Positions 49,016 to 58,447 of a stretch of DNA of 64,000 nucleotides are shown here, in pieces. Source of the DNA: an uncultured Candidatus Pelagibacter sp. (GTDB taxonomy: Bacteria > Pseudomonadota > Alphaproteobacteria > Pelagibacterales > Pelagibacteraceae); NCBI GenBank assembly GCA_905618915.1, contig CAJQTI010000046.1, positions 7,441 through 71,440 on the forward strand, written 5' to 3'. The notes under the pieces were generated by a model. It did not search any database. It had not been told where the DNA came from and saw nothing but the letters and a program-made list of their open reading frames with translations. Each line of letters begins with the position of its first letter. The stretch's first letter is position 1. Made by a program: the position numbers and the translations under genes.

Positions 49016-50104
49016 TTATTTTGGATCTAGAGCTCTACAGTCAATACTATTCCAGCCGATATTTAGCTCATTACCCTTTTTAAGATCTAGTCTTGCAGTA
49101 CTGTTTGGTACTTTAAGAATAAAATCTTTGTTTCCAAGTAGATCAACTCTAAGTCTCGTGTGATCACCGTGGTAAATTATTTCTTCTATTTTACCCTTAT
49201 GATTATTATCCATTTTATCTTTAGGATCTATAATTGCTCTTTCAGGTCTTAGTGAAATTTTAGTTTTCTCACCTTTTGCCTTTACAGCAACTGGATTTGC
49301 TAAAATTTCTATACCATTATCTAATTTAACCTTACATTTATCACCTGAAATATCTGCAACCTGCCCTAAAAATTTATTATTCTCTCCAATAAACTCAGCA
49401 ACAAAAGAATTAACAGGTTGTTCGTATAATTCATCTGGGCTTGATAACTGCTGAACTTTACCATCATTGAAAACTGCAATTCTATTTGACATTGTTAACG
49501 CTTCAGTTTGATCGTGTGTTACATAAACAACTGTTACACCAATACTTTCATGAATATGTTTAATTTCATATTGCATGCTTTCTCTTAAATTTTTATCTAA
49601 TGCACCAAGTGGCTCATCCATAAGTACTACCTGTGGATCAAAAACTAATGATCTTGCAACAGCAACACGTTGTTGTTGTCCACCAGATAATTGCATCGGC
49701 ATTCTTGCTTCAAAACCATGAAGTGAGACCATTGATAAAGCTTTATCAATTTTTTTATCTGCTTCATCTTTTGGAATTTTTCTAACTCTTAATGGAAAAG
49801 CTAAATTTTCATAAACAGTCATATGAGGGAACAAAGCGTAGTTTTGGAATACCATTCCAATTCCTCTTTTGTGAGGTGGAATGTTTGAAATTACTTTACC
49901 ATCTAAATAAATTTCTCCATGAGTTGGGGTTTCAAAACCAGCCAGCATCATTAAACAAGTTGTTTTACCAGAACCAGAGGGTCCCAACATAGTTACAAAC
50001 TCACCTTCTTCAATATCAAGATTTAATCCTTTAACGACTAATATTTTGCCATCGTAGCTTTTGTCTACATTGTCAAATTTTACGAATTCTTTATTTTTTG
50101 CCAT
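49016..50104 (-). CDS. potA: PotA-like ABC ATPase
   Basis: GPSGSGKTT, LSGGQQQRV, MDEPLGALD, C-terminal TOBE domain. Confidence 0.85.
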   Translation of the reverse strand: MAKNKEFVKFDNVDKSYDGKILVVKGLNLDIEEGEFVTMLGPSGSGKTTCLMMLAGFETPTHGEIYLDGKVISNIPPHKRGIGMVFQNYALFPHMTVYENLAFPLRVRKIPKDEADKKIDKALSMVSLHGFEARMPMQLSGGQQQRVAVARSLVFDPQVVLMDEPLGALDKNLRESMQYEIKHIHESIGVTVVYVTHDQTEALTMSNRIAVFNDGKVQQLSSPDELYEQPVNSFVAEFIGENNKFLGQVADISGDKCKVKLDNGIEILANPVAVKAKGEKTKISLRPERAIIDPKDKMDNNHKGKIEEIIYHGDHTRLRVDLLGNKDFILKVPNSTARLDLKKGNELNIGWNSIDCRALDPK

Positions 50105-50163
50105 ATTTTCTCCAGGAGATTTAAAACATTTGTTGGCTTATTTATCAAGTTTTTTTATTTCAA

Positions 50164-51330
50164 CTACTTAATGTGAAGATCTTTTGAAAAATTACAAAAT
50201 AACTCACACCCTTTGTCGGTTATTCGTATTGCTTCTGATGCTTCAACTCCCCATTCTCCAAATTGCATTACAGCAATCATATGAAAAGTAACATTTGGTT
50301 CTAATATAGTCATATCACCTTTAGATATATTAAGGGTATGTTCGCCCCAATCTGGTGGATAACCAATTCCTATTGAATACCCAGTTCTAGAGGTTTTTTC
50401 TATTCCATATTTATCTAGAATTTTCCAAAAAGCTTGCGCAACATCATCTGCTGTTTGCCCTGGTTTTGCTGCATCTATTCCAGCTTGAAGAGCCTCATTT
50501 GTTTTATTCATAGTATCAATTTTCACTCGATCAGGCTTTCCAAGTAAAACTGTTCTTGCCATTGGACAATGATACCTTTGGTATACCCCTGAAAGTTCAA
50601 TAATTGTAGCTTCACCCTCCACAAACTTATCCTGTGTTGCTGTTAAATGTGATGCTGAAGTACCCTTTCCTGTTGGGACTAGTGTTGCAATACTTGAATA
50701 TTCTCCACCAAATTCTGGGGTTCCATAAAATAATGCTTTTTGAATTTCACCCACCGCATCACACTGCCTGACGCCAGGATTTATCACATCAATTGCTGTC
50801 TGCATTCCTTTTTGAGAAATTATTGCTGCAGATTTCATAAGTTCTATCTCCGCATTAGATTTAACAACACGAGCCCAATTAACCAATCTTTCAGAATCTT
50901 TTAACTTAGCATTTGGCAACCCTTGTTTCATTTTTTCATAACAATAAGCTGTAAAATAATGACTATCCATTTCTAAACCTATTGTAAGTTTATCCCATTT
51001 TCTCTCTTTTATAATTTCTACTAAATTATCATAAGGATGAACTGGCCAAGTATGAATATATTTCTCATCATAAACTAAAATATTTTCATTTTTTAAATAA
51101 GTTTTTATATAAGCTCCACCTGAGTCTTGCTTTCTAACCCAACATAATGGCTCATCAGCATTTACATGAACAATTACAGCTTGAGCATAATAAAACGACC
51201 AAGCATCATAGCCAGTTAAATAGTTCATATTTGCTGTATCACTAGAGATTAATAACTCTATGCCTTTCTCTTGCATTGAACTTTGAACTTTTTTTAACCT
51301 TGCTTTGTATTCTTCTTTGCTAAAATTCAT
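50164..51330 (-). CDS. doeA: M24-family ectoine hydrolase-like protein (DoeA/EutD)
   Basis: YLTGYDAWSFY, LVNWAR.VKS, RYHCPMART, GYSIGIGYPPDWGEHT. Confidence 0.75.
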   Translation of the reverse strand: MNFSKEEYKARLKKVQSSMQEKGIELLISSDTANMNYLTGYDAWSFYYAQAVIVHVNADEPLCWVRKQDSGGAYIKTYLKNENILVYDEKYIHTWPVHPYDNLVEIIKERKWDKLTIGLEMDSHYFTAYCYEKMKQGLPNAKLKDSERLVNWARVVKSNAEIELMKSAAIISQKGMQTAIDVINPGVRQCDAVGEIQKALFYGTPEFGGEYSSIATLVPTGKGTSASHLTATQDKFVEGEATIIELSGVYQRYHCPMARTVLLGKPDRVKIDTMNKTNEALQAGIDAAKPGQTADDVAQAFWKILDKYGIEKTSRTGYSIGIGYPPDWGEHTLNISKGDMTILEPNVTFHMIAVMQFGEWGVEASEAIRITDKGCELFCNFSKDLHIK

Positions 51331-51335
51331 ATAGT

Positions 51336-52079
51336 TTAACTATTAAATAATTTTCCAAAACCGTCAATCTTTTCTTTATAATCAATTGCATTAAGAGAAT
51401 CCCAGATTAAAGTTTGATTACTTGATAGAACAACTTTATTTATTTTTTTTTCTAATTTATTAATTATAGATAGCGCTGGTAAAGCCGTACACGAAATAAA
51501 TAACGCCTCACTATCTGCAAGATCTATTTTTGACAAGACATCAAATAAATGATCTTCATCAACTTTTCCAATATCAAGGTCAGAATCAATATCAAAATAA
51601 GTTAAAGAATTAATAATAATATTTTCTTTTTCAAAATAGTTAACCACAGATTCATTTATTGTTTTTGTATAAGGTGTAAAGATGGATATCTTATTAATGC
51701 CTAATACTTTTAAAGCTTTAATTGCAGAAGTTATTGGGGTTGTAACTTTTGCTTCTGGTTTAGCTAAGTGTACTTTTTCTTTTATCACGTCATATCCTGC
51801 TGCAACTGTTCCAGATGTGCAACCATACGCTACACAATCTATTTTTTGATCTGGAAGAATGTCTTTAGTAACCTCAGTAATATCTTCGGCCATTTTAGCT
51901 AACGTTTCATTGGTTAGAGGATTATAACAATGAATTCTATTTACATAGAGATCAATGTCTCTTCCATAGATCACATTATTAAAATCCTTTTCAATTCTAA
52001 AATCACTACCTAATGTGATTAAGCCAATTCTGGGGTTGGATTTTGAAATGTATTTTGGTTCAACCTTGTTTAATTTCAT
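51336..52079 (-). CDS. eutA: EutA-like Asp/Glu racemase / maleate isomerase family protein
   Basis: YGCTSG and FISCTAL catalytic Cys pair, TPY, SSNQ. Confidence 0.72.
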   Translation of the reverse strand: MKLNKVEPKYISKSNPRIGLITLGSDFRIEKDFNNVIYGRDIDLYVNRIHCYNPLTNETLAKMAEDITEVTKDILPDQKIDCVAYGCTSGTVAAGYDVIKEKVHLAKPEAKVTTPITSAIKALKVLGINKISIFTPYTKTINESVVNYFEKENIIINSLTYFDIDSDLDIGKVDEDHLFDVLSKIDLADSEALFISCTALPALSIINKLEKKINKVVLSSNQTLIWDSLNAIDYKEKIDGFGKLFNS

Positions 52080-52111
52080 AAATTACCTGTAATATCTGGA
52101 TTAAATATATA

Positions 52112-52140
52112 TTGAATAAGGAGTCTAGTTAAAATAGAGT
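52112..52140 (+). promoter_or_regulatory. Candidate promoter of the LLM operon, implying a ~100-nt leader
   Basis: TTGAAT-17 nt-TAGAGT; RBS AAGGAGG at about 52235. Confidence 0.45.
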
Positions 52141-52246
52141 TTAGTAAAAGCGTACATAACTCGTCGTTACCTAAGGTTTAAACGGTACTAAAGAATACGA
52201 AAGTGGGATCAGTCGTCTTTAAATTTAATTATTTAAGGAGGTTTGA

Positions 52247-53413
52247 ATGAAGTTTGGATATTTTTGTAACACTACTAACTGGGATCATAAACCATACAAT
52301 CAACTATTAAATGAAACCCAAGAAATCACTACTTACTGTGATGAAAATAATTGGGACTCTATTTGGTATACAGAGCACCACTTCAATCACGAAGGCATGG
52401 AATCTTGTACTAACCCATTAATGATGGGAGTTGATGCTGCCGCCAGAACAAAACAAATTAGAATAGGTCAAGCTTGCAATGTAATTACATTTCATAATCC
52501 TATCCGCCTAGCTGAAGACATAGCTTTGCTAGATCAATTGTCTGGAGGGAGAGTTGATGTTGGTATTGGAAGGGGAATTTATGGAAGAGAAGCCATCAAC
52601 ATGAACAAAGAGGCTGACTTAAAAGATCAAGCTAAAAATTTTAGATTATTTGATGAGACTTTAACAATCATGAAAAAAGCTTGGACTGAGGAATTTTTTA
52701 GTCATAAAGGTGAATTTTATACTTATCCATCACCAAATTTTACTTGGCAACATGATATGAGTCCACCTAGTGAAAAGTTTGTAGATACAAAAACAAATGA
52801 AATAAAAAAGATAAGTGTTGTGCCAAAACCAAAACAAGAACCTCATCCTCCAATATGGCAAGTTGTTGATGGTGCAAGATCAATTGAATGGGCAGCACAG
52901 AATGGCTTAAATACAATAATGTGGATACCTACTGTTAAAGCTTTAAAAAAAAGATTTGAAATTTATAAAGATGCAAAATCTAAAGCAGAAAATAGAGATG
53001 TTCCACTAGGTGAAGGTGTGTCTTTAGTTAGAGATATGTTTGTTGCTGAAACCATGGAAGAAGCAGAAAAAATGGCTGGTGAACATATTATCAATTATAT
53101 GAAGTGGGTATGTCACTGGAGAGGATTAGGTAATCATATGAATCCAGATGAGAAGTTACCAGAAACAAAACATAAATTGGACTTACTCAATTATGATTTT
53201 TTACATAAAAGAAATTTATTATTTGGAACACCAGAGTATGTTGTTAATAAAATAAACGAATTAAAATCAGAGTTAAACTTACAAAACTTACAAGTTTGGT
53301 CTAATTTTCCTGGAATAAATCATGAGGCTTGCATGAGAAGTATAAAGCTGTTTAATGATGAAGTTATACCGAAGATTAATTTAGATAATTCAAATATAGA
53401 GAAAGCAAGTTAA
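52247..53413 (+). CDS. Luciferase-like (LLM) flavin-dependent monooxygenase
   Basis: WYTEHHF, NPIRLAEDIALLDQLSGGR..GIGRG, PKPKQEPHPPIW, FGTPE. Confidence 0.9.
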   Translation: MKFGYFCNTTNWDHKPYNQLLNETQEITTYCDENNWDSIWYTEHHFNHEGMESCTNPLMMGVDAAARTKQIRIGQACNVITFHNPIRLAEDIALLDQLSGGRVDVGIGRGIYGREAINMNKEADLKDQAKNFRLFDETLTIMKKAWTEEFFSHKGEFYTYPSPNFTWQHDMSPPSEKFVDTKTNEIKKISVVPKPKQEPHPPIWQVVDGARSIEWAAQNGLNTIMWIPTVKALKKRFEIYKDAKSKAENRDVPLGEGVSLVRDMFVAETMEEAEKMAGEHIINYMKWVCHWRGLGNHMNPDEKLPETKHKLDLLNYDFLHKRNLLFGTPEYVVNKINELKSELNLQNLQVWSNFPGINHEACMRSIKLFNDEVIPKINLDNSNIEKAS

Positions 53414-54000
53414 TGAAACTAGAACTTAGAAAGTTTACAAAATTTGTAGACAAGACTTTTATTGAAGGTGGTAAAGAAGCTAAGGAACCTGTTCTACTTG
53501 TTTCTGTTGCAGCTGTTTTTAAAAATCCGTGGAGTGGAAAAGGTTTTGTTGAAGATTTAAAACCAATTATTTTAGACTTAGCACCAAAGTTAGGTGATAT
53601 TTTAGTTCCTGAGTTAATAAAAGAAATTGGATCTCCTGAAAAAATTTTAGCCTATGGTAAGGCTGGTACAGTCGGGCTTGACGGTGAAATTGAACATGCA
53701 TCAGCATTTATTCACACTTTAAGATTTGGAAATAAATTTAGAGACGCTGTTGGTGGAACATCTTATTTAAGCTTTACCAATACTAGAGGTCCTGCTGGAT
53801 CAAAAATGTCCATTCCAATGATGCATAAAACAGATTCTGGTCTAAGGCCTTATTATCTTACTCACGAATTTACTATACATGATGCTCCTTTTAATGATGA
53901 AATCGTTATTGCTATCGGTGGAGCTTCGAGTGGTAGAGCCCATGCACGAACAGGAGATCGTTATCAAGATATGAAAGAAATGGGACTAGACCCTAAGTAA
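53413..54000 (+). CDS. Amino-acid-synthesis family (DUF1185) protein
   Basis: AAVFKNPW.G, YGKA..VG..GEIEHA, IPMMHK, DAP..DEIV. Confidence 0.82.
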   Translation: MKLELRKFTKFVDKTFIEGGKEAKEPVLLVSVAAVFKNPWSGKGFVEDLKPIILDLAPKLGDILVPELIKEIGSPEKILAYGKAGTVGLDGEIEHASAFIHTLRFGNKFRDAVGGTSYLSFTNTRGPAGSKMSIPMMHKTDSGLRPYYLTHEFTIHDAPFNDEIVIAIGGASSGRAHARTGDRYQDMKEMGLDPK

Positions 54001-54004
54001 TTGG

Positions 54005-54787
54005 ATGTCTCAAAATTTTGACTCAAATCAAAATTATTATTCATTTATTGATAATAATACAGATCCGTTAGTATTCATTCATGGTGTTGGGCTAGATCAT
54101 GGAATGTGGGAGCCTCAAACTAAATCTTTAAACGATCATTCAATAATTACTTATGACTTGTTAGGTCATGGAAGAACTCCTTATGATAAAGAGGAAGTTA
54201 CTTTGAATGATTTTTCAAACCAATTAGATGATTTATTACAATTTTTAAAAATAGATAAGATTAATCTAATTGGATTCTCTCTGGGTTCATTAGTTGCATT
54301 AGACTTTGCTTCAAAATTTCAGGATAAATTAAAAACCTTAACATTGCTTGGAACTACATATGGAAGAACTATAGAGCAAAGAAGTTTGGTCATAGAAAGG
54401 TTTGAGCAAGCTAAGTTAAATAAACCTATTTCAAAACAAGCACTAAAAAGATGGTTCACAGATCAATACTTAAAAGACCATCCTGAAATTTATGATCAAT
54501 TTATAAAGATCTTAACAAAAAGAGATGAAGATCATGTAAATTTTTTAAAAGCCTATAAACTATTTACTTATCATCAAGACGATATCAGTATGATTAAAAG
54601 TATAAAAACTAAAACTCTGGTGATGACAGGATCAGATGACTTAGGTTCAACAGTTGAGATGTCAAAATCCTTATCTAATGATTTAATAAATTCAAGTTTT
54701 ATTGAGATAAATAATGGCAAACATCTTTGTAGTATAGAATGCGCAGATGATGTAAATATTAAGCTTAAAAATTTTATTAATAATTAA
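54005..54787 (+). CDS. Alpha/beta hydrolase (TgnD-like)
   Basis: FIHGVG, DLLGHG, GFSLG, KRWF, TGSDD.GSTVEM, catalytic His in KHL. Confidence 0.82.
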   Translation: MSQNFDSNQNYYSFIDNNTDPLVFIHGVGLDHGMWEPQTKSLNDHSIITYDLLGHGRTPYDKEEVTLNDFSNQLDDLLQFLKIDKINLIGFSLGSLVALDFASKFQDKLKTLTLLGTTYGRTIEQRSLVIERFEQAKLNKPISKQALKRWFTDQYLKDHPEIYDQFIKILTKRDEDHVNFLKAYKLFTYHQDDISMIKSIKTKTLVMTGSDDLGSTVEMSKSLSNDLINSSFIEINNGKHLCSIECADDVNIKLKNFINN

Positions 54788-56269
54788 ATGACACAAATAC
54801 AAAATTTTAAAATGTTTATTGATGGGGAGTGGTTAGAATCTTCATCTGGAAAAAAAATTGAAACTTTAAATCCTGAAACAAATGAAGTGTGGGCAACTGT
54901 TCCTGAAGCAAGCAAAGAGGATGTTGATAAAGCAGTTAAGGCCGCCCAAAATGCTTTTAATGGATCATGGCCCAAATTACACCCTAAAGAAAGAGCAAAA
55001 TTTTTAAGAAATATTGGTGATCAACTAAGAGAAAATGCCGAACACCTAGGTAAGATTGAAACAATTGATACAGGAAAACTTTATAAAGAAATAAAATCTC
55101 AAGCTATTTATATAGCTGAATATTATGATTATTACGCAGGTCTTGCAGATAAAATTGAGGGCACTGTTGTTCCTATTGATAAACCAGATATGCAAGTCAT
55201 TACTACAAGAATGCCAATTGGTGTAATAGCTGCAATAATTCCATGGAACTCTCAAATGCTTTTGACTGCTGTAAAATTAGCCCCTGCTCTTGCAATGGGA
55301 AATACCGTAGTGATAAAAGCCTCAGAACTTGCCCCTGTTACTTTATTAGAGTTTGCAAAATTAATTGAAAAGTCTGGAATACCTAAGGGTGTAGTAAATA
55401 TAATCACAGGATTAGGTGAACCTTGTGGAAAAGCTTTGACCACTCATGATTTGGTTGAAAAAATTGCATTTACTGGAGGGCCTGAAACTGCAAGACATAT
55501 AATTAGAAATTCTGCAGAAAATTTATCACAGGTAAGTTTAGAGCTAGGTGGAAAAAGTCCTGTAGTTCTTTTTAATGATGCAGACCAGGAAAATGCATTA
55601 AACGGGATAACAGCAGGCATTTTTGCTGCAAGTGGACAAAGCTGTATTGCTGGGTCAAGACTTTATATTCAGTCAAAAATTTATGATGAGTTTTTAGATA
55701 AATTAGTATTAAAAGCGGAAAAAATAAAATTAGGTGCACCAATGGATCCTGATACTCAGATGGGTCCTTTAAATAGTTTTAAACAATTAGAAAATATTGA
55801 AAAAAATATTAAAGCAACATTAGATCAAGGTGGAAAGCTTAGATGTGGTGGAAAACGATCAAACATTTCAAATAAAGGATATTATTTTCCAGCAACAATA
55901 ATTGAATGTAAAAATCACAACTTACCTACTGCTGAAAATGAATTATTTGGACCTATTTTATCTGTTATGAAATTTGAAACTGAAGAAGAAGCGATTAATC
56001 AAATGAACGATAACCAATATGGTTTATCCTCAGGAATATACACCTCTAACTTAGGAAGGGCTATGAGAGTTTCTAAAGCAGTAAGAGCAGGAATTGTTTT
56101 TGTAAATACCTACAGATTAATTTCTCCCTCCGCTCCCTTTGGTGGTATTAAAGATAGTGGCTATGGTAAAGAAGCTGGAATTGAGTCAATAAAAGAATAT
56201 ACAAGAATTAAGACTACATGGTTTAATTCGTCAGATAAACCGATGGGTGACCCATTCACAATGGGTTAA
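54788..56269 (+). CDS. Aldehyde dehydrogenase (TgnC-like)
   Basis: IPWNSQ, KASE, FTGGPETARHIIRNSAENL, ELGGKSP, GQSCIAG, C-terminal GDPFTMG. Confidence 0.88.
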   Translation: MTQIQNFKMFIDGEWLESSSGKKIETLNPETNEVWATVPEASKEDVDKAVKAAQNAFNGSWPKLHPKERAKFLRNIGDQLRENAEHLGKIETIDTGKLYKEIKSQAIYIAEYYDYYAGLADKIEGTVVPIDKPDMQVITTRMPIGVIAAIIPWNSQMLLTAVKLAPALAMGNTVVIKASELAPVTLLEFAKLIEKSGIPKGVVNIITGLGEPCGKALTTHDLVEKIAFTGGPETARHIIRNSAENLSQVSLELGGKSPVVLFNDADQENALNGITAGIFAASGQSCIAGSRLYIQSKIYDEFLDKLVLKAEKIKLGAPMDPDTQMGPLNSFKQLENIEKNIKATLDQGGKLRCGGKRSNISNKGYYFPATIIECKNHNLPTAENELFGPILSVMKFETEEEAINQMNDNQYGLSSGIYTSNLGRAMRVSKAVRAGIVFVNTYRLISPSAPFGGIKDSGYGKEAGIESIKEYTRIKTTWFNSSDKPMGDPFTMG

Positions 56270-56272
56270 TTT

Positions 56273-57130
56273 TTGACTACAAGACATTACCTTTTAGTTT
56301 TATTTATTATGTTTATGTTTGGAAGTTCATATCCAATTAATAAACTTGCTCTAAATACATCCTTACCACCAATGCTAGCTGGATCTTTAAGAATGTTAAT
56401 ACTTTTTATTTGTCTTCTTCCATTTTGTAAATTCAAAATTCCAAATAAAAAATATTTTCTTCCTTTAGCAGGTTTTTCATTATCAATGGGCTTTGGTGTT
56501 ATGTTTTTTTTAAATTTATCGTTAGGGAAAGCAACTTTTGTAGCTCCAATTATTATTGGTGCTCAACTTACAATACCTTTTGCAATTCTTGCCAGTTCAA
56601 TTTTTCTTGGTGAAAAAGTTAATATGAAGCAATGGTTATTAATACTAATTTCTTTTTTTGGAGTTTTTCTAATTGGATACGATCCAAACTTAAAAGGAGA
56701 AATTTATGCAATCTTTTTATGTAGTATTTCAGCTTTTTTTTATGCTATTGCAAATGTTCTTTCAAGATACATAAAAGAAGTTGATGTAAAATTTTCAAAT
56801 ATGATTATGGGATTTACAGGTTTTATAACCATTTTATTATTTTCAATTTTTTCTGAAGGAAATACAGTTTATCATTTAATGAACATAGATATTGCCACCT
56901 GGTTTCTATTACTTCATAATGGAATATCAGTTTCTGTTATTGCACATACTTCTTTATTTTATCTTTATAGATTTTATTCAGTTAATAAAATTATTCCCTT
57001 TTATTCTTTGTTTCCAATATTTGGCTTATTTCTAACATTCCTTATTTTTGGTGAGATTCCAACATTACTTAGTGCAATTGGAGGGGTAATTGTGATTGTT
57101 TCAGTCTATCGGCTTCAAAAAATAAGGTAA
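56273..57130 (+). CDS. DMT/EamA-family transporter
   Basis: About 10 TM segments in two repeats (FLGEK, FGEIP); TTG start 3 nt after the ALDH stop. Confidence 0.85.
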   Translation: MTTRHYLLVLFIMFMFGSSYPINKLALNTSLPPMLAGSLRMLILFICLLPFCKFKIPNKKYFLPLAGFSLSMGFGVMFFLNLSLGKATFVAPIIIGAQLTIPFAILASSIFLGEKVNMKQWLLILISFFGVFLIGYDPNLKGEIYAIFLCSISAFFYAIANVLSRYIKEVDVKFSNMIMGFTGFITILLFSIFSEGNTVYHLMNIDIATWFLLLHNGISVSVIAHTSLFYLYRFYSVNKIIPFYSLFPIFGLFLTFLIFGEIPTLLSAIGGVIVIVSVYRLQKIR

Positions 57131-57206
57131 ATCACCTGTTGAAAATTTGTTCAAATAGGCTTTAATTTCTCTTTTATAAATTGTTAACAATCAAAGAGGA
57201 AATATA

Positions 57207-58391
57207 ATGAAAAAACTATTTATTGCTGCATTTATATTCGTTTCAACTTTTACAACGAATACATTCGCAGAAGTTAAGATGGGAATTATTTTAGGATTTA
57301 CTGGTCCTATTGAATCTCTAACACCAGCTATGGCTGCATCTGCAGAACTTGCTTTTAAAGAAGCTTCTGATTCAGGTTCACTATTAGGTGGAGAAACTAT
57401 TTCAGTAGTAAGAGCAGACTCAACTTGTGTTGATTCAGCAGCAGCAACTGCAGCAGCTGAAGGTGTTATTGCACAAGGTGTAGCAGCAATTATGGGTGCT
57501 GACTGTTCAGGTGTAACTGGTGCTATCGCATCTAATGTTGCTGTACCAAATGGTGTAGTAATGATTTCACCATCAGCAACTTCGCCAGGACTTACAGCTT
57601 TAGATGATAAGGGTTTCTTTTTTAGAACAGCCCCATCTGATGCTAGAGGTGGCCAGATTTTAGCTGATATTACTAAAGACAGAAGAATCAAAAGTGTAGC
57701 AATTACTTACACTAACAATGACTATGGAAAAGGTTTAGCTGATGTTTATGCAGCAGCTGTAAAAGCTCATGGCATTAAAGTAACAATTGTATCTGCTCAT
57801 GAAGATGGAAAAGCTGATTACTCATCTGAAGTAGCTACTTTAGCGTCAGCAGGTGGTGATGCAGTAGCAGTAATTGGTTACCTAGACCAAGGTGGAAAAG
57901 GAATTATTCAAGGTTCTTTGGACTCTGGTGCATTTGATAAATTTATTTTATCTGATGGTATGATTGGTGACTCGTTAACTGATGCTTTTGGAAAAGATTT
58001 AAATAAATCTTTTGGTTCAATGCCCGGTTCAATGAATGAAAAAACAGCAGGTACTTTTGCGTCTGTTGCTAAAGCAGCTGGTATCGACTCGTCTGGACCT
58101 TACACTGGTGAATCTTATGATGCAGCAGCTTTAATCGTTCTTGCGATGCAAGCAGGTGGATCAGCTGATAGAGCTTCTATTGCTAAGAATGTAATGGATG
58201 TTGCTAACGGTCCTGGAACTAAAATTTATCCAGGTGAACTTAAAAAAGGTTTAGATTTATTAGCTAAAGGTAAAAAAGTTGACTACGAAGGTGCAACTGG
58301 AGTTTCTTTTACTAGCGTTGGTGAAGCTGAAGGTTCTTTCTTAGAGAAAGAAATCAAAGGTGGAAAATTTAAAAATAAAAAACAAAGATAA
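57207..58391 (+). CDS. LivJ/K-family ABC substrate-binding protein
   Basis: Signal peptide, SPSATSP, FFRTAPSD, NNDYGKG, YDAA, YEGATG. Confidence 0.88.
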   Translation: MKKLFIAAFIFVSTFTTNTFAEVKMGIILGFTGPIESLTPAMAASAELAFKEASDSGSLLGGETISVVRADSTCVDSAAATAAAEGVIAQGVAAIMGADCSGVTGAIASNVAVPNGVVMISPSATSPGLTALDDKGFFFRTAPSDARGGQILADITKDRRIKSVAITYTNNDYGKGLADVYAAAVKAHGIKVTIVSAHEDGKADYSSEVATLASAGGDAVAVIGYLDQGGKGIIQGSLDSGAFDKFILSDGMIGDSLTDAFGKDLNKSFGSMPGSMNEKTAGTFASVAKAAGIDSSGPYTGESYDAAALIVLAMQAGGSADRASIAKNVMDVANGPGTKIYPGELKKGLDLLAKGKKVDYEGATGVSFTSVGEAEGSFLEKEIKGGKFKNKKQR

Positions 58392-58409
58392 TTAATATCT
58401 TAATTTTAA

Positions 58410-58445
58410 GACCCTCAGCAGTGAAAATTGCTGGGGGTTTTTTTT
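58410..58445 (+). terminator. Intrinsic terminator after the Liv-type SBP gene
   Basis: GACCCTCAGCAGT-GAAA-ATTGCTGGGGGTT followed by a T run. Confidence 0.85.
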
Positions 58446-58447
58446 AT

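Noticed and set aside
57191-57691. 166-aa minus-strand ORF
   Set aside because: Antisense shadow of the Ala/Gly-rich SBP gene, with no independent motifs.
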